This document shows, in pieces, positions 27,724-35,840 of a stretch of DNA of 64,000 bases; position 1 is the first letter of the stretch; every line of letters begins with the position of its first letter. The position numbers and the translations under genes are program-made. Origin of the DNA: an uncultured Amylibacter sp. (GTDB taxonomy: Bacteria; Pseudomonadota; Alphaproteobacteria; Rhodobacterales; Rhodobacteraceae); contig OX044354.1 in assembly GCA_943846615.1 (NCBI GenBank), forward strand, positions 622,359 through 686,358, given 5' to 3'. Under the pieces are notes generated by a model. It was not told where the DNA came from, did not search any database, and saw only the letters and a program-made list of their open reading frames with translations.

Positions 27724-27770
27724 GGATTGCAAATCCGTGTACACGAGTTCGATTCTCGTACTCGCCTCCA
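27724..27770 (+). repeat. R4: tRNA-Cys(GCA) 3' fragment, identical 47 nt to R1/R2
   Basis: Same 47-mer, followed by ataaaatcaatgggtta as at R1. Confidence 0.85.
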
Positions 27771-27812
27771 ATAAAATCAATGGGTTACATCGATTTTAAA
27801 GTAATATTAAAT

Positions 27813-27847
27813 GTAAAATCATAGGTAAGATGGTAAAATAGTAAGAT
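27813..27847 (+). repeat. four direct GTAA(A/G)AT repeats (candidate recombinase arm sites)
   Basis: GTAAAAT at 27813, GTAAGAT at 27825, GTAAAAT at 27833 and GTAAGAT at 27841. GTAAAA(T/C) also occurs right of R1 (6588, 6621) and R3 (23576, 23588). Confidence 0.4.
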
Positions 27848-27989
27848 ACTTTGCATTGAGCTCCTACACATTGCTATTTTAATCTCTTCCATACATTCAC
27901 CTACCGCCATCATATTTTACCAAATTTAGCTATAACGTTCGCAAGTGGTTATTCATTGATCTCAAAAAACAAATCAGATTTTATTTCCA

Positions 27990-30900
27990 TTACGGAAAAG
28001 TATTTTTTAGCAGTTGATTACGAATACAGCCTGCTAAACTCAGTATATTAATTGGATCGAAAAAATGCCCATGGCCGCCACGGGTCGTATCCAGTTGATA
28101 TCCCTGTCGGTAAGTTTCGTCACAAAGGTTTTGAAAACTAAATGCTTCATTTTCGTAACGGCTTTCTGGGTGCAGAAAACTCTCCGCACCGAAAATATAC
28201 CCAACGCTTTTGCTATAAGGTAGAATATTGGCTTGTTCCATTAGAACTAAATGCGTGACCTCGCGGCCCGCGTTTAACAAAAGTTCTGCTAGAGAATGTG
28301 CGATGGGGCCACCTTGGCAATTACCGCCGATAAGTAGAGACCCTGTTGGATGAAGTGTTTGTATTTCATTGAAGTAATGAGAAGCCAATGCTGTGATTTG
28401 TGACTTTACATCATCAACAAGTAAATATGCAGAACGCATTCCATGTACGCGAATATCCGGCGCCAGTGCCTCGGCAAGTGCGGTCAGTTCGTGCCCGCCT
28501 TGGAAGCACCAAAACAACTGCTGCTTTGCGCCGCAATCGTCGGAAGATACAATCAGACTGTGATCATTTTCGCGGTGGCCTTGCCACTCTGCAACATAAC
28601 GCAACTGTTTTTGGAAGATTTCGGGTTGCAGCGGGCTGTCGACCAACATCTGATTCACTGCGCTTTTTTCACGAGCCAGAAGCCTATCAACTTGGCCTGC
28701 TAGAAGTTTCAATGTCGTGATTTGCCCCAAGATCCCCGGAGAAACCGAGATATCAAAATGTTTCTCGATCATAAGAATGAGCATCATATGATGCAAAGAG
28801 TCGCCGCCGTTTGCCTGAAAGTCATGCATCCTTCCAAATTTTGTTTGACCAGCGAAAACTTGCTGCCATATTTCCGCCAATGCGCGTTCAGTGGACGTGA
28901 TGGGAGCAATGTAAGGTATATCTTGTTGGCTCAATAGCGACGCATGGATACGAAAGGCCGCCCGATCTTTTTTACCTGATCGCGTTTTTGGGATACTCGG
29001 TACAATGACAAATCTTGAAGGTTGCATATGTGTTGGTATCGCAGTTTTTGCATGTTGCCTTAGCGTATTGATGGTTAAGGATTTGGGGGTATCTGTAACG
29101 ACGTATGCCGTTAGCTTTGAGCCGTTTTCGTCAAGTTGAGCAATACAATCGCTGACACCCAAAAACTGTGTAATTTGGGCTTCGACATCTTCCAGTTCTA
29201 TGCGGACACCGTTTCGTTTTACTTGGTTGTCGATACGCCCAATGAATTCAATTTTTCCGTCAGCATTGTGACGTGCAAAATCACCGGTTTTGAAGACAAT
29301 TTGATCGTCAGTATGGTGTGTCCTTAACACGGTAAAGCGATCTGTTTGTGTTGCATTTCGCCCCAAATATGAATGGCAAATACCGCCAGAGAGGCAGATT
29401 TCACCGACTTCGCCTTGTTGAACGCGACATGTATCCGCATTCAGTAGATGCAGTGCCACGTGCGGTAAAGTTCTTCCAATACTGACAGGCACCCCTTTTT
29501 CGAACGCCCAGATGGTTGAAAAAATTGCGGCCTCTGCAGGGCCGTAGATATTGAACACCTTGGCCATCGTTGCAAGCCGTTCAATTTCATGAATTTCAAT
29601 TTTTTCACCACCGGTCATGATCACACGCAGGTTCGGAAATGATCTAACAGGCAAGGTTCGCCAAACACTTGGGGTCGCGAGAATGTGAGATATCTGTTGA
29701 TCATGAATAAAATTAGCCAGATCCGCACCCACGATTGGGCCACGCTGATGCGGATAGATCAGCGTGGCGCCACTGGTCAATGCAAGCAGCATGTCCGAGA
29801 TAGCAGCATCAAAACTCAACGATGAGACCGACCCAAGTCGGCAACCAGCATCGATACTGAGTTGTTGGATCGCTCCAGTTAACATTTCAATCAACGCATT
29901 GTGACCCGTAGCGATACCTTTGGGCTGACCAGTTGTTCCAGAAGTAAAAGTTATGAAAGCGGTCTTTGCAGATGGCACATGCGTTTCAGCTGGAGCTTTT
30001 TTTGAGGGCTCTAACGATAATACATCCGCAAGCAACAGTGTTTTAATGTGAAACTCATCCAAGCATAATTTGCAACTGCCGTAAGTCAGCAGGACAGAGG
30101 CTTCACTGGCATCCAACATTGAAGCCAAACGTGCTCTGGGCAATGTCTCGTCCAATAACAAACAACTACATCCCATGCGCAAAACAGCAACGATAGCGCA
30201 AATGAGATCGGTTGATGGTAGGAATCCGATCGCCACCACATCACCTGTTTGAACACCGGAGCTAAAGAGTTTGGATGCGAGATCCGCCGATGCGGCACCC
30301 AGCTCGCCATAGGTTAAAGATTGCGCGCCACATACGACGGCAATTGCATTTGGCATTTGTTCTGATGCAGTCAAAATTGACGCAGCGACGTTTCCAATAT
30401 GGGGTGTTTCCATGGCATCACTAGGAATTGTAATGTGATTGGCCAGATGGCGTTGGCAAAGATCGTAATCTTCGGAGTATTGTGCGGTTAAGCTCTTTGC
30501 TGCAATTTTAATGTCGCCTGCACCAGCCACGTAGACGATATCATTTGGTGTCAGATCTTCGGACACGGCCTGTATCAGGTCTTGTACGTTGTCAAATTGA
30601 AAGCATGTGTCGAGTTGTTTCGCAATCTGATCCATTACAGCATGTTTTGTGTGTGGTGCCCGTGGCGTTTCCCCCTTGGGATCGAGATCAAGTAAGAACA
30701 CCATATCACTTTGCTTCAACGCTGCAGCGAATTCTGCCGTACGCGTTTGCGTTCGGGAATATGTTTGCGGCTGGAACAGTGTAATAACCCGTTCACCATT
30801 GCCAGCAATCGACTTTATTGTTTCAAGGTTCGTCGCAAGCTCTTTTGGGTGATTGGCAAAATCGTCAATGATCCGTGGGCCCTGCCCCATTGAAACATCT

Positions 30901-31859
30901 CCCCACCTACCATTAACCCCCGCGAAGCTGGCAAGGCCCGATTTGATCTCATCCAACGGCAGTTGCAGCGCATCACAGGCAGCAATACAGGCGAGTGCAT
31001 TTTGCACCATATGTCGGCCTGGCTGCTTTATATAAATTTCCCCTAAATTTCGCCCGTTGTGAACAACGTCGAATTTGGACCCGTCCCAATGATGGATGAT
31101 ATTCTGCGCGCTCCATTCGTTTTCGGCGTTGAGTCCGTAGGTGATAATCGAGCCTGTGGATTGGTTAACGTTCGGGGCAAAGTGTTGGCAATCCCCGTTT
31201 AGAATGACGGTCCCTTCTACCGTAACCTGTGAAATCAATGCGTTAAATTCGGCCTTCAATGCCTGTTGGCCGCCATAGTGTTCTGCATGATCGTCTGTAA
31301 GGTTGGTAAGAACTGCGATATTTGGAGTGTAGTGCCTTATATTTCCAAATGCTTCGCATGCCTCAGCAACAAGGGTTTTGCCGACGCCATTGGCGCGACC
31401 GAAGGGGGTGTTTTTTTGACGAAGAGACGCGCCCAGAATATAGCTTGTTGTTGGGTCATATTGCGACAATACATGTGCGATCATGGCAGAGGTTGTCGAT
31501 TTTCCATGAGAACCCGCGACAAATATCGAGTGTTTCGCCTTAGCAAGCGAGTTCAAAAATATGGCGCGCCGTTTGATCGTTATGCCCTGTGCGCGAGCAG
31601 CCGTTATCATTGGATGTGTTTCGGGAACAGCGTCACTGACCACCATTATGTCGATGCTGTTTGCGATCTCTTTTGACAAAACCGCACCACGTGCAACCAA
31701 CGCATCGATATTTGGGCCATGACGATCATCCCAGCCATGAACACAGACATTTAGGTCAAGAAGGTAATGCGCAATAGCGCTCATTCCACTGCCACCTAGG
31801 CCCAGAAGAAAAACGTTTTCTGCGCGTTGGGCCGTCATTTCAAACGTCAATGTCGCCAC
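27990..31859 (-). CDS. fusion protein: MurC/Mpl-like Mur ligase + NRPS adenylation + carrier (PCP) + thioesterase-like domain
   Basis: Mur ligase motifs: GLGGSGMS, GSHGKSTT, NLTDDHAEHY, GRHMVQNALA, DDFANHP, FQPQTYSRT (approx nt 30435-31859). A domain motifs: FTSGTTGQPKG, FDAA, NIYGPAE, FKTGD, GRIDNQVKRNGVRIELEDVE, PKTRSGKKDR. PCP: GGDSL (Ser codon 28797-28799). TE: GGNCQGG (Cys codon 28317-28319) and GGHGHFF. The start is either GTG 31859 or ATG 31838. Confidence 0.85.
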   Translation of the reverse strand: MATLTFEMTAQRAENVFLLGLGGSGMSAIAHYLLDLNVCVHGWDDRHGPNIDALVARGAVLSKEIANSIDIMVVSDAVPETHPMITAARAQGITIKRRAIFLNSLAKAKHSIFVAGSHGKSTTSAMIAHVLSQYDPTTSYILGASLRQKNTPFGRANGVGKTLVAEACEAFGNIRHYTPNIAVLTNLTDDHAEHYGGQQALKAEFNALISQVTVEGTVILNGDCQHFAPNVNQSTGSIITYGLNAENEWSAQNIIHHWDGSKFDVVHNGRNLGEIYIKQPGRHMVQNALACIAACDALQLPLDEIKSGLASFAGVNGRWGDVSMGQGPRIIDDFANHPKELATNLETIKSIAGNGERVITLFQPQTYSRTQTRTAEFAAALKQSDMVFLLDLDPKGETPRAPHTKHAVMDQIAKQLDTCFQFDNVQDLIQAVSEDLTPNDIVYVAGAGDIKIAAKSLTAQYSEDYDLCQRHLANHITIPSDAMETPHIGNVAASILTASEQMPNAIAVVCGAQSLTYGELGAASADLASKLFSSGVQTGDVVAIGFLPSTDLICAIVAVLRMGCSCLLLDETLPRARLASMLDASEASVLLTYGSCKLCLDEFHIKTLLLADVLSLEPSKKAPAETHVPSAKTAFITFTSGTTGQPKGIATGHNALIEMLTGAIQQLSIDAGCRLGSVSSLSFDAAISDMLLALTSGATLIYPHQRGPIVGADLANFIHDQQISHILATPSVWRTLPVRSFPNLRVIMTGGEKIEIHEIERLATMAKVFNIYGPAEAAIFSTIWAFEKGVPVSIGRTLPHVALHLLNADTCRVQQGEVGEICLSGGICHSYLGRNATQTDRFTVLRTHHTDDQIVFKTGDFARHNADGKIEFIGRIDNQVKRNGVRIELEDVEAQITQFLGVSDCIAQLDENGSKLTAYVVTDTPKSLTINTLRQHAKTAIPTHMQPSRFVIVPSIPKTRSGKKDRAAFRIHASLLSQQDIPYIAPITSTERALAEIWQQVFAGQTKFGRMHDFQANGGDSLHHMMLILMIEKHFDISVSPGILGQITTLKLLAGQVDRLLAREKSAVNQMLVDSPLQPEIFQKQLRYVAEWQGHRENDHSLIVSSDDCGAKQQLFWCFQGGHELTALAEALAPDIRVHGMRSAYLLVDDVKSQITALASHYFNEIQTLHPTGSLLIGGNCQGGPIAHSLAELLLNAGREVTHLVLMEQANILPYSKSVGYIFGAESFLHPESRYENEAFSFQNLCDETYRQGYQLDTTRGGHGHFFDPINILSLAGCIRNQLLKNTFP

Positions 31860-32412
31860 GCTCTGCGTATTTGGCGATAGACGCCAACTCGTTCAGCACG
31901 TGTTTGCGGCCTCGTTCGGTTTTATACCAAGTATCAGCCTGTATATCATTGGGCGACGTTGCAGGTTGCAGGACATATTTCAGTTTTTTCGGGAAGCAAG
32001 TTTTGGCCGTCATGAGCGCACGGCGCATATGTAACGGTTTAGCGCAAATGGCCACGGTTTCGATGTTTTCCCATCCTATGGTTTCTTCAATAGCCGCCCT
32101 CGTAAACGTGAAGTTTTCCAAGGTGTTGGTCGCCTTGGTTTCAAATTCCAACACACTTTCTGGGATGCCCGAATTGATCGCAATCCGCGCCATGACTTTG
32201 TATTCAGGAGTATGTTCTGAATTGTCCAATTGTGAAGCAGGGCCAAAGCCAGTGATTAAAATACGGCTCACTTGCCCAGCGTTAAAGAGCAAAATTGCCG
32301 GGTCGATACTGGATGGTGACGGCGCGCCCAAAACAACGCAAAGATCGACTGGTTCTGGCGGATCAGACAAAAACAGAAACTCTGTCAAGGCGGTTTTCGT
32401 ATCCTTATTCAT
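31840..32412 (-). CDS. DUF218 (YdcF/SanA/ElyC-like) protein
   Basis: LCVVLGAPS..., ILITGFGP, ETKATNTLENF and AICAKPLHMRRA match the DUF218 pattern. ATG 32412 is preferred over 32520, which would sit 4 nt from the divergent start at 32525. The stop TGA at 31840-31842 is 1 nt from ATG 31838 of the fusion gene. Confidence 0.75.
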   Translation of the reverse strand: MNKDTKTALTEFLFLSDPPEPVDLCVVLGAPSPSSIDPAILLFNAGQVSRILITGFGPASQLDNSEHTPEYKVMARIAINSGIPESVLEFETKATNTLENFTFTRAAIEETIGWENIETVAICAKPLHMRRALMTAKTCFPKKLKYVLQPATSPNDIQADTWYKTERGRKHVLNELASIAKYAERGDIDV

Positions 32413-32524
32413 GCGTAGCTCTAAGTATTGATGTCGTTGCGTTGAAACCTTGTAAGACGTATAAAATCCATCGACAATATCAGCAAGTACAATACCTGCA
32501 TTGCACACCAAGGGCGGCATCTGA

Positions 32525-33265
32525 ATGAACCAACGTGATCATGTAATTTGGTTTACGGCGCGGACCGGTTCAACCTGGCTGGCATCCATGCTGTTTTCGG
32601 CAGGATTTCCCAAAGCAAGTGAGTATTTCCACCCCAGTAAATATGATCGCCGCGCTGCCTATATGGGAGCTAACACGCCAGAGGACTATGTTCGCAGAAC
32701 ACGCGAGCAGCGCGCAAAAAACGGTGTGTTTTTGCATGAAATGACGTTCCAATTTTGGGAGATGATGTCAAAAAAGTCGACGATAATGTCAATGTTGGAT
32801 TTTCGAAATCCTTCAATAATGCTGTTCCGCGAGGATATCATTCAACAAGCCATTGCAATCCATTGCGCGATGCAAACTGGTAAGTGGCACAACTATGGTT
32901 TTTCGCAAAATACAGAAGCCATCACTCATGATGCGGAAGCGATCAAGAGATATGCACAGTTTATCATTGATCAAGAAAATGGAATGCGGCGACATCGGGA
33001 TCAATTGATCCCCAATGCATGCTATTTCAGTTATGAAAAACTGCGCCAGTTGCCAGCATCTACGGTTGCCTCCAAGGTCGGGCAACATTTGGACTACACG
33101 GCGTTCGACGCGTCAATAATAACGAGTATCCATCAACGCGTTGCATCACAAAAAAACGTCGAAATTTATGACAAATTTCAAAAAACGCATCCGAATTTTT
33201 GCAAAGCAGCACAGCAATCGCGGCGATGGTTATTTGACGCCCAATTAACAAACGGACTTTCTTAA
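32525..33265 (+). CDS. Stf0-like sulfotransferase
   Basis: N-terminal VIWFTARTGSTWLASML resembles the Stf0-family PAPS loop (..RSGSTLL..). ~245 aa. Confidence 0.65.
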   Translation: MNQRDHVIWFTARTGSTWLASMLFSAGFPKASEYFHPSKYDRRAAYMGANTPEDYVRRTREQRAKNGVFLHEMTFQFWEMMSKKSTIMSMLDFRNPSIMLFREDIIQQAIAIHCAMQTGKWHNYGFSQNTEAITHDAEAIKRYAQFIIDQENGMRRHRDQLIPNACYFSYEKLRQLPASTVASKVGQHLDYTAFDASIITSIHQRVASQKNVEIYDKFQKTHPNFCKAAQQSRRWLFDAQLTNGLS

Positions 33266-33428
33266 TACCACGATTGCCATCTCGTCGTGGCCCAAAAATT
33301 TTCCATAGAACAATGGCTTAGTTAGTTTAAGATATGTCCTTATTTGTGCCCCATCAACGACTTTGGAACAAATTCGAGTATTTGAATAATGGAGGGTTTC
33401 TGGTTCATCTAACAATTAGGAATTAAGC

Positions 33429-33512
33429 ATGACAAAGAAATCAGGGCAGTCGAAAACGGCCGCGGACAAATTGGTATAGAGCATCCGCCGCAAGACGCGG
33501 CAAACGGCTTAA
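33429..33512 (+). mobile_element. possible IS3-family orfA 5' remnant
   Basis: Translates as MTKKSGQSKTAADKLV*SIRRKTRQTA*. This resembles the N-terminus M.KKSGQSKT..EKLVK.IRRATR of an IS3-family transposase OrfA as I remember it. It is interrupted by stop codons and only ~80 nt are retained. Confidence 0.3.
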
Positions 33513-33779
33513 AATATGGGCGTCACGCCACTGTACCCGTTCTGGCCACATCAACTATACTGGTGGAAGATGAAGGAAATGCGTTGTCGGCCGCCAAACG
33601 GGAAAATCTGGCTGGGCCGTTTTTACATGGTGGAAACCCAAATCTTACTGAAGGTAGAGGACTACGCATGACGATTGTGTAGACAATCGCAACCCAACAC
33701 CAAGGATGTTTGAGTTTTGAACAAACATCCACAGGTGTGCGGGCGCGATTGGAAATTAACGATCTAGTTTCTAAAAGCT

Positions 33780-35294
33780 TTAGTCGCCGTCTGCCACTCC
33801 CGCAGATCGCAACCTTGCACGACGTGCCCGGAAACTAGGCAGTAGGACCAACAAAACCGATATAACGAGAAGGCCAAGCGTCATTGGGCGTTCCCAGATA
33901 AATGACACGCCGTCATACAGCTGCATCGAACGGGCGAAATTGTCTTCGAGCATGCCGCCCAAAATGAAACCGATCAACAATGGCGCCAATGGATAATCCG
34001 CAAAACGTAGAGCCGTTGCACAAACACCGAAGGCGACCAACAACAACAATTCCGTCGCATTATTTTGGCCAATATAGGCGCCCATCAAGGTAAAGAACAA
34101 AATGTATGGAATTAAGTAATTGCGCGGTACTGCCAATATCTTGGCGATGTATGGGATTAACGGAAGGTTTAAGACCAGTAAAACGAAGTTACCAATGTAC
34201 ATAGAAATGATAACGGCCCAGAAAATCTGTGGTTCGTCAATCATCAGGCGTGGGCCCGGTGTGACGTTCAACGCAATCAATGCACCCAACAAAATTGCTG
34301 TGGTGCCAGAGCCTGGAATGCCCAATGTCAGCAATGGAACGAATGATCCCGTACAAGCCGCGTTGTTAGCAGTTTCAGGTGCGGCGAGACCCTTGATTGA
34401 TCCCTTACCAAATTTTTCTTGTTCATCTTTGGATGCAATATTGCGCTCAACGGCGTAGCCCAAGAAGCTGGCGATAGTGGCCCCTGCCCCTGGCAGAACG
34501 CCGATAAAGAAACCCTGGATAGACTGGCGGCCAATAACGGGTGCGATTGATTTTGCCTCTGTGCGAGTGATGCGCAAATCTTTGATTTCTTCACTTTTGC
34601 CTGTTTCTGATGCGGCTGGGTTCAAGACCAGAAACAATGCTTCGGGCAGTGCGAACATCGCCATGGCAAGCGTGACAAAGCCTAAGCCAGATTGCAGATC
34701 CATGATACCCATTGTGAAACGTGGCAAGCTGAACATTGTGCCTTCGCCGACGGTTCCCAGCATGAGGCCAAGGATGGTCATCATCAATGCTTTGGCAACT
34801 TGACCCGTGCCTGCGAAGGCCGCGATGGCGGATAGACCCACGATCATAAGGGCGAAGTATTCAGCCGAGTGGAATAACAGTGCGACAGATGACAATGCTG
34901 GTGCAAAGATCATCAACAAGATTGCGCCGATAGTACCCCCACAAAAACTGGCGATCGCGGCAACGGTTAGAGCTTTACCTGCCTTGCCTTGCTTCGCCAT
35001 TGGATAACCATCGAAACTGGTGGCGACGGTGCCGGCGACACCGGGTGCGTTAAGTAGGATTGATGAAGTGGAACCGCCAAAGATTGCGCCGTAATATACG
35101 CCAGCCAGCAGGATGATTGCGGCGGCAGGGTCGCCCATAGAAATGGCAACGGGGATCATGATTGCGATGATCGACATAGGGCCAAGGCCCGGCAACATTC
35201 CGATGAATGTCCCGATCAAACAGCCACCAATCACCATCAACAACATTTGCACGGAAAAGGCCGTTTGTAGGCCGAGTAGGATACCTTCTAACAT
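33780..35294 (-). CDS. tctA: tripartite tricarboxylate transporter large permease
   Basis: 504 aa, polytopic, with TctA-type sequence (GMLPGLGP..., GVLPGAGATIASF). Confidence 0.85.
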   Translation of the reverse strand: MLEGILLGLQTAFSVQMLLMVIGGCLIGTFIGMLPGLGPMSIIAIMIPVAISMGDPAAAIILLAGVYYGAIFGGSTSSILLNAPGVAGTVATSFDGYPMAKQGKAGKALTVAAIASFCGGTIGAILLMIFAPALSSVALLFHSAEYFALMIVGLSAIAAFAGTGQVAKALMMTILGLMLGTVGEGTMFSLPRFTMGIMDLQSGLGFVTLAMAMFALPEALFLVLNPAASETGKSEEIKDLRITRTEAKSIAPVIGRQSIQGFFIGVLPGAGATIASFLGYAVERNIASKDEQEKFGKGSIKGLAAPETANNAACTGSFVPLLTLGIPGSGTTAILLGALIALNVTPGPRLMIDEPQIFWAVIISMYIGNFVLLVLNLPLIPYIAKILAVPRNYLIPYILFFTLMGAYIGQNNATELLLLVAFGVCATALRFADYPLAPLLIGFILGGMLEDNFARSMQLYDGVSFIWERPMTLGLLVISVLLVLLPSFRARRARLRSAGVADGD

Positions 35295-35295
35295 A

Positions 35296-35778
35296 TCAAA
35301 CTCCTAAAAATTCGGGAAATGGGCGCAGATAGATGCCCAAGACTTGTTGAACCAAGTACCAGATGAAGAGTGTAGCGATCAGTGCGACGGGGATCATGGT
35401 AAACCATTTGCGCTCACCCAAAATGAAACTGCCCAAGATCAGGAATGCAGATGTTGAGAATATAAATCCAAGAGGGCGAAGGCACAGCGCATAGGCAACC
35501 ATCAAGGCCAATAGAAACAAAGCTTGGCCGATTTTATATTCGAACAGGCGACGGTAATCCATATCCATTTCTTTTGGTTCACCCTTTTCAAGGTTCAAAA
35601 GAATAATCAGGGATGCCCCGATGCCAACGATCGACAAGAGTTTGGGGAATGTGCTGGGCCAAATCGGATTACGCTTCATGAATGGAGCAAGGCTTGCGTC
35701 CATTGTGAACCACGCGGTGTAGCCATAGATCAGGCAAAAGCCCAATAAAATTAATGCAATCCAACGATCCAACGCCAT
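35296..35778 (-). CDS. tctB: tripartite tricarboxylate transporter small membrane subunit
   Basis: 160 aa with 4 TM, directly upstream of tctA. Confidence 0.75.
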   Translation of the reverse strand: MALDRWIALILLGFCLIYGYTAWFTMDASLAPFMKRNPIWPSTFPKLLSIVGIGASLIILLNLEKGEPKEMDMDYRRLFEYKIGQALFLLALMVAYALCLRPLGFIFSTSAFLILGSFILGERKWFTMIPVALIATLFIWYLVQQVLGIYLRPFPEFLGV

Positions 35779-35840
35779 GTGTGAATTCCCCCGAAATCAA
35801 AAGTGTTGGCAAAGCGGCGAACCGCTTTGCCGGTAATAGC

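Larger units (their letters stand above)
23490..27770 (+). mobile_element. cassette B: integrase-less element bounded by R3 and R4
   Basis: Direct repeats plus left arm (23535-23685) and right arm (27601-27723) homologous to cassette A. R-to-R spacing is 4236 nt, against 4256 nt in cassette A. Confidence 0.55.
27724..33512. mobile_element. islet C: accessory segment from R4 to an IS-like remnant
   Basis: The left end resembles a cassette left arm. The right end has no R copy, but there is a short IS3-family-like orfA stump at 33429-33512. Confidence 0.4.

Noticed and set aside
32413-32520. The longer start of the DUF218 gene at 32520
   Set aside because: It would place two divergent start codons 4 nt apart with no promoter space, and the extra 36 residues carry no DUF218 features. 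ATG 32412 is preferred but not proven.
33513-33779. Possible continuation of the IS3-like transposase remnant
   Set aside because: Translations in all three forward frames did not resemble the remainder of an OrfA/OrfB. Only the first ~80 nt look transposase-like, and even that call is low confidence.
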